DNA of 63,154 nt, the filler included. It is 15 parts of 15 records of this genome, joined end to end, with 100 filler letters (N's around TTAATTAATTAA, not from the genome) between each part and the next. Parts side by side here need not be neighbours in the genome. Positions count along the whole stretch, not along the records: positions 55,874 to 60,032 come from SRR15195285_8062; positions 60,133 to 63,154 come from SRR15195285_8123; 13 more parts are not named here. The stretch is one strand, 5' to 3'. Positions within the stretch are counted from its first letter, which is position 1, and the number at the start of each line of letters is the position of its first letter. Positions 57,586 to 63,154 of this stretch are shown piece after piece. The notes below the pieces were generated by a model. The model made no database searches and had not been told where the DNA came from. It saw nothing but the letters and a program-made list of their open reading frames with translations. Position numbers and translations under genes: made by a program.

Positions 57586-60032
57586 TTAAGTCCACTGTGC
57601 CACGCCAGTAGGCCGATCCTGTCTTACTGGCAGTCCACGGTGCGTGTCTGGCTGCGTCTTCACGCGTTCCCTCCACTTCATCTGGATGCGCTGAGCCGCG
57701 ATAAGCTCTTGAGTCGTGTACACTGGTCCTGGCGGCGTTGTTTCTCCGCGCCGTGTTGCTGGACCACCAGCATCACGACCCCGCACTCGTGAACCGACAC
57801 TCTTCAGTCGCCCAATGACTCCTACATACTCATCCTTCAAGCTTCTTCCTGCGCTAACTAGTGCCTCAGTATCTGCGTCGACCTGCAACGCCAACGTGCG
57901 GACCATTTTGTCCTCAACGCTTAGACCCATGAGGTGGCGCGCGACATGCAACATAGCTTCGCGGAAGTGAATGAGCCCATCAGATCTTATCGGCACTCGC
58001 ATCGCACTCATGCGAACATTAACCAACCGCCGCTGTTCCGACCTAGTCATCAACGCAGTGTGTGCAGTGGCAATCCCTATCGGCTGTGGCATTTCCTGAA
58101 TCAATAAAGCGAAAGTAGAGGGCTCCATAGCTCCAATTGCGCTCGTGTCATTCTCTGTCCACGCGTCCTTGAACTTCTGTAGTGATCTGGCGAGATTTAT
58201 CGACTCAAAATCTTCAGCGGTCTCTTCCACCGAGTCGTACTGGTCAATCACAATTGTCGCCAGAAGATTGAAGAAGAAGAAGTCGGACAGGATGATAAAT
58301 GAAATGAAAAACAGCGGCCCGGTGACACGAACAGCGTCATTTCCCTCGATGAGTGTCCCGTGTTGGTCCAGGTGGTCATCCTTGAGGCCGTCAACCAGAC
58401 TCTGCAGCACGGCAGGCCAGCCTTCGCCAGTCGAAATTCGGCACAAAGTCATCATCGCGCTGCCGAAGGAGTCAAAGTTGGTGTGCTGGTCAATTTCCCC
58501 GCGGCGCTCAGCATCGGCAAAAAGCGACGTGCCAAGGACAGCGAATGTATAATACAGAATGATAAGGACGCCACCAACATTCTTCATAGCTGGAAAGGAC
58601 TGATACAGAGTAAGTAGCAGACGTTGCACACGCTCGGCTGCTTTGAAAGTCCGCACAAGTTTAGTCAACCGAAAAATTCGTACGAAGCGAAGTAAGGAGA
58701 ACAGTCTCCCCATACCGCCACTATCGCTGTTTCGTCCAGCGTTGGTGGCTAAAAGTGTCAAAGAAAAGGAGAGGTCGAGGATGGACGCCAAGACGATGAA
58801 GAAATCGACCTGGTTTAGGAACACCTTAGTATAATTGTCAAAACCAAGTCCATAAATCTTGATAGCAGCCTCAAATGCAAAGATCAGCGTGAACACCACC
58901 TCGCACAAAAAAAGTATATCCGTCCATTCGTCAGTCTGATCATAGCTTTGGCTCATCATTGTGCCAATGTTTACAAAAATACATAGGATGATCACGTAGT
59001 CGAAGTAGGCAGCAGCTTTACCAGGACCTTCTGCTAGCTGGAAGGCTGTTCTCTTCAACCACGAGGCGCCAGCCGGCGGCGGCGGGGCCAAGTAGGGCAA
59101 TCGCATTGTCCGCAACACATTTGTGGCATCAAACCATTCCTTTTGTTTTTCTGTGGCAAACACTGGACCTCCTTGCTCAGCCTTGACCAAAGAAAAGTGG
59201 TCAAATATCACTCCAAGGAAAATGTTGAGGACGAAGTAGTAACCAATCATGATGAAGGCCAGGAAAAAAATGCAATTGTACCAAGAGTGCTCGACGATCG
59301 GCTGAATTCCAACACCTGTCGCATCCATCCCTTGCCACATGATATCCAGCCAGCCTTCGCGGGTTGCCACCACAAACAGTGTAATGCAGGCTTGCCCAAA
59401 GTGATCAAAGTTGAAGTACGCTCGACTCCATTCTCGCTCAGCAAGTATCCCATCGTCTGATACAAAAGTGCCTACACAGCCGGTTCCAGGGATGAATGAG
59501 GTCACATTTTCTCCATTCCAAAGCTCCATACGGTCATCACACGAGTGAAATTGGCCACCAAAAAACGCAACTCCGAGGATTCCAAACACTGCCCAGACCA
59601 CGGCTAGAAATACGCCAACATTAGACAGCTCCGGCCCAGACCGCACAAGAGTATTGAGAACCAACTGCATTCCTGGGTCACGACTGACGGCTCGAAGAGG
59701 TCGAAGCACCCGAACCGTGCGAAGAGATTTCATTCCATTGAGCGCAAACGAAGACACTACTAGGAAAAAGTCCAGGCAGTTTGCAGCGCTGCGCAGATAG
59801 GCCCTCTCGTGGGCTACAAACCCATAAACAATGATCTTGAAAAGTGCCTCAAACAGAAACACTGTGTTGAAAACCCAGTCGAGTACAGTCAGAAGGCCCA
59901 ACATATCCGGGTCCTCGACGCCAGGCTCAATAGCCAGCATTAGAGACGAAGCCAGAATGAAAATCAGAATGACGTTTCGAAAGCCGGGACTGTAGATCAA
60001 ACTAGCGAGCCCAGTTCTGACATAGTTATCTC
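57586..60032 (-). CDS. Four-domain voltage-gated Ca2+ (Cav-like) channel alpha subunit, repeats III-IV and C-terminus; 5' truncated
   Basis: S4 segments LRTVRVLRPLRAVSR and LRFVRIFRLTKLVR; pore loops FVVATREGW and CRISTGEGW (E, E); post-S6 F..AW…D and IHF.E; IQ motif AAQRIQMKWR. Confidence 0.92.
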
Positions 60033-60733
60033 NNNNNNNNNNNNNNNNNNNNNNNNNNNNNNNNNNNNNNNNNNNNTTAATTAATTAANNNNNNNNNNNN
60101 NNNNNNNNNNNNNNNNNNNNNNNNNNNNNNNNGACTAGCATTAGCCGAATTCCCCGTCTGAGACAGAAATGCAACCTGGATTTTCAACAACCTGGATTTT
60201 CGCCCGCTCAGCGCCTTTTTAGGGTTTTGTGTGCCGGATTCACATTCGTGTGAGTCGGTTTAAGAGAAGTAGAATTTGGCCTAACTTTCTCCTTCGCGCG
60301 CGCGTAACGGTTTCGCACGCATCCATGGGCGACCACCCTAACACTCGCGGGTATGTCTTGGGTGGTCTCTTTTCTCGCCTATGTAGAGTGCTGCAGTGGG
60401 ATTCGGGACTGTTCTCTCGTTCTCTGTGCGAGAGGTGAAGAGATGTGTGTGTAGGAGCTCAACGCGACTGTGAGTATAGTACTATGCTAGGCGGGCCTTA
60501 AGCTACTCTTTCGCCATGTAGGTCATGATTGTTCAACCTGGCGCGTTCAAAGGACACAACGTTGATCGAACACCGACTACTAGTAGGTGATGATAATGGA
60601 GGCTACCGCTCAACCTGCACACAACCTCTGGTGTCACATGCCGGGACTGGCTTGACGTAGAGATCCAACGGCGACAAATTATTCAATTGCCTCAGCATCG
60701 ACATTGTATTTTTTACTTGTGTGCGCCAGAGAA

Positions 60734-63010
60734 CTATACAGTAGTAGCCGCTAGCACGTCAAACCCAGTCACATCGCTCTCTACTACTAGCACAACGGTG
60801 GCCACAGTTGCATAGCGCGCGGCTTCAGACCACACCACCACGTTCCTCTCTGTGGAATCATCGTCCAGCTGGTCAATTGGAACCGCGACCTCTATTGAAG
60901 TAAAATATGTGAACTCTTTGCTATCAATGTGCAGCCGACCTGCAGTCTGTCGCATGTAGTCGACCACGCAGGGCACGCCGTCGACCTCGATATGGAGAGC
61001 AGCCGAAGCACGATAGAAGGCTGCGGTGGCGTCCTCGATAGAGGAACCTGACCCCCCGAATCCGACGCGCACTCGCATCGACACAACCCGTGGCGATCCA
61101 CCAGCACTTGCAGCATCTGATCCAGGCGCTCCAACAGTGGAGAAGGAGTACGGACGTGCCTGAGCTTTGACCACAGCCATCGGCTCGATAATCGTACCAG
61201 AGTAATAAGTGCGCTCATCAATCTGATTAGTTGGCACGCTAGTCAGCGGAATTGTAAGCAACACCAGATCTGATGGACCAAGCTGCAGTTCTGTGGGCAG
61301 CTGACTCAGCGCCTGCGTAGTCATGGCTGGAGTGCCGTCGTCGACGGACCAAAACATTCGCTTCATCTCAGCTGTCCGTGATGCTTCTTGAAGCCTCGCA
61401 GGCCATTTCAGCTGAATTTTCCGATTGGCTCCCTCCGCAAAGGCGAGGTGGTTCAACACGACCTGGAGCCTCGATCCATTATGAAACGCATGAGCCTGCA
61501 CGCCTGCGTTGTCTGACGCGATTTTCACTCGATCACCATCGAGTTCCTGCATCATGGCGAACCATAGGTGAAGATAGGTCTGAACGAACAACCATTGGCT
61601 AGAGTTGTTTGGGTCCCCCCCTGGAGGAGTCAGTGTGCGCCATAGCAGGAATGGATAGCTGTGCGAAGCATTATTCGCCCTCGAAGCTGCGTTCCACGTA
61701 GCTTTGCCAGAAATGAACGGCAGGGCCTTCAGAATTCGATCTGGGCGGCGGAGGAATTCCATCAACTTCGCAGTCACGCCACGAAGCACCCACCAGTCAT
61801 GCCCTGGAGTATAGCGTGGCTGGCCCCCAAACCCACTGCCGTATTCTGAGACCAGGAGCGGGAGTGGTGTGCCGTCGTTGCTGATCTTGGCCGTGGCTGA
61901 CTCCTGCAGGTCGAGTTCCGCAACTAAGTTGCTTCCAGAATGAGACGAAAAGTTGGATGAGAAGGGATTTGTCTCCTCCGTGTCCGGTTCTGGCTCGAAC
62001 GTGTCGTACAAATGTATCGAGAGGCAGTCAATATGACCAGCAGTGACGTTGACGAACTGACCAAACTTGCCACTGTCTCGCCAGTCCGTAAAGTTCTGGG
62101 CTTCATATTGCGGAAACGCGGCTGTCGGGCCGCAGACAAGGGGGACAGGACGGGTGGGTTCCTGGGCATGGGCGCTATGGACAGCGTCGGCTACGGCCAC
62201 ATGGAGCTGAACCATCTCAAGCCAGGAGGTATTGCACGCGGTGCTCCGTGTCTTCACGTTGCACTCGTTGGCGACCTCCATCAGGTATCGCTTCTGGATA
62301 GTCGGATACATGCAATGCTCATAGTAGAGGGCAAAGAACTCGGCTGTTGCAGCGTGTGAACCAGGCTGAAAGCCCTTTGGGGATTGCCCGCCTTCCCCTT
62401 TGCAGGAGTTCGGATAGAGCTGCCCAGTCTTGGAGCTGTGCACCATGTCTACGTCAGCGACTGGCCAGAATCCCAGGTCGGCAACTGTGGGTTTCGCGCA
62501 ATGGCTAAGCAGCGACTGCCTGTCAACAAAGCCTGGTCGCTCTGGATCTTCTTTGGTCATGCTCATAGCTCCACTCACCACGAAGCTGCGGCCTGGATGC
62601 GCGCGGAATCCCGTAGGGCCAAACTCTGCGTAGTCCTCGGGCCTCCAGTCCTCTCCACCCCCTGGACTCCAGTGTCCGCCGAACCATTTCAGGCGGTCCA
62701 GTGCCGAAGAGCCGCCGATAGACAGCCGCACAGACGGATCGACGGTCACGACCACATCGGACGCGCTAGCACCACACACGGTGGTCACATCCTCGTTCGT
62801 GCACCCCGCGCTCCGCAAGTCGTGCTGGTGTGCGCTGGCGCAGATGCCACACGCCGATCGCAGCCCGAAGGCGTGCCCACAGGTGGCGCCCAGCGTCGCT
62901 GCACACTCTCCCGAGGAGGAGCCTGAGCCGTAATCAGCAGCAGCCGCGTAAGCTATGAATACCGAGCTCGCTGCCAGCGCCACGGGCAGCATCGCAGCGC
63001 CGCCGCGCAT
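60734..63010 (-). CDS. Secreted GH86-like beta-porphyranase/beta-agarase with an N-terminal Cys-rich module, intronless
   Basis: Signal peptide; LDRLKWF..H; PGRSF; EVANE (acid/base); SIHLYD; SGSNLVAELDL; LLVSEYG (nucleophile); RPDRILKALPFISGKATW; GDRV.I.SDN..VQAHAF…VVLN.L. The motif order recalls bacterial beta-porphyranase A (GH86). Confidence 0.75.
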   Translation of the reverse strand: MRGGAAMLPVALAASSVFIAYAAAADYGSGSSSGECAATLGATCGHAFGLRSACGICASAHQHDLRSAGCTNEDVTTVCGASASDVVVTVDPSVRLSIGGSSALDRLKWFGGHWSPGGGEDWRPEDYAEFGPTGFRAHPGRSFVVSGAMSMTKEDPERPGFVDRQSLLSHCAKPTVADLGFWPVADVDMVHSSKTGQLYPNSCKGEGGQSPKGFQPGSHAATAEFFALYYEHCMYPTIQKRYLMEVANECNVKTRSTACNTSWLEMVQLHVAVADAVHSAHAQEPTRPVPLVCGPTAAFPQYEAQNFTDWRDSGKFGQFVNVTAGHIDCLSIHLYDTFEPEPDTEETNPFSSNFSSHSGSNLVAELDLQESATAKISNDGTPLPLLVSEYGSGFGGQPRYTPGHDWWVLRGVTAKLMEFLRRPDRILKALPFISGKATWNAASRANNASHSYPFLLWRTLTPPGGDPNNSSQWLFVQTYLHLWFAMMQELDGDRVKIASDNAGVQAHAFHNGSRLQVVLNHLAFAEGANRKIQLKWPARLQEASRTAEMKRMFWSVDDGTPAMTTQALSQLPTELQLGPSDLVLLTIPLTSVPTNQIDERTYYSGTIIEPMAVVKAQARPYSFSTVGAPGSDAASAGGSPRVVSMRVRVGFGGSGSSIEDATAAFYRASAALHIEVDGVPCVVDYMRQTAGRLHIDSKEFTYFTSIEVAVPIDQLDDDSTERNVVVWSEAARYATVATVVLVVESDVTGFDVLAATTV

Positions 63011-63154
63011 CTGCTTGAGCCGGCAGGACCACGCCGGCCGTCAGTGCGTACTTCAGCGCCAGCAGCGTCACGGACTGGGTGAGAATTCAGTCCACAGACG
63101 GAGTGAAAATCACGCTAATTTAAGGAGTAATCCGCGAGGAAAAGCAGCGATTCG

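Noticed and set aside
60173-60230. 16-bp tandem duplicate and a TTTAGGGTTT telomere-like word
   Set aside because: A single telomere-like unit and a two-copy repeat are not enough to call a telomere or a telo-box.

Overview
This window is not one locus. It is 15 short contigs (about 3-6 kb each) joined by artificial 100-nt spacers (N44-TTAATTAATTAA-N44), so synteny across spacers is meaningless and many genes are truncated. The DNA is from a compact, GC-rich microbial eukaryote with short GT-AG introns, ubiquitin ligases, CK2-beta, PGAP3, a PMP34-type peroxisomal carrier, a voltage-gated Ca2+ channel and an Sfi1-like protein. The secreted hydrolases suggest a marine heterotrophic protist. The EPEPEP tracts and intergenic repeats remind me of Picozoa single-cell assemblies, but that is unverified inference. 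Main observations: (1) a SelO protein adenylyltransferase whose apparent UGA stop sits at the selenocysteine position (…FMS-U-SS*), with an unusually long SECIS-like hairpin in the 3' UTR and a PTS2 peroxisomal signal at the N-terminus; (2) a protein in which a virus/phage-type Bro-N domain appears split by an inserted EF-hand pair and is fused to a START domain; (3) an intronless, bacterial-like GH86 beta-porphyranase/agarase with a eukaryotic signal peptide and Cys module; (4) a large UBA-GOLD-SAM-RING1-RING2 (no IBR)-Mind bomb-repeat E3 ligase; (5) palindrome-dense intergenic DNA, a micro-MITE-like hairpin and small dispersed repeats. All domain calls are motif recognition by eye; no searches were run.
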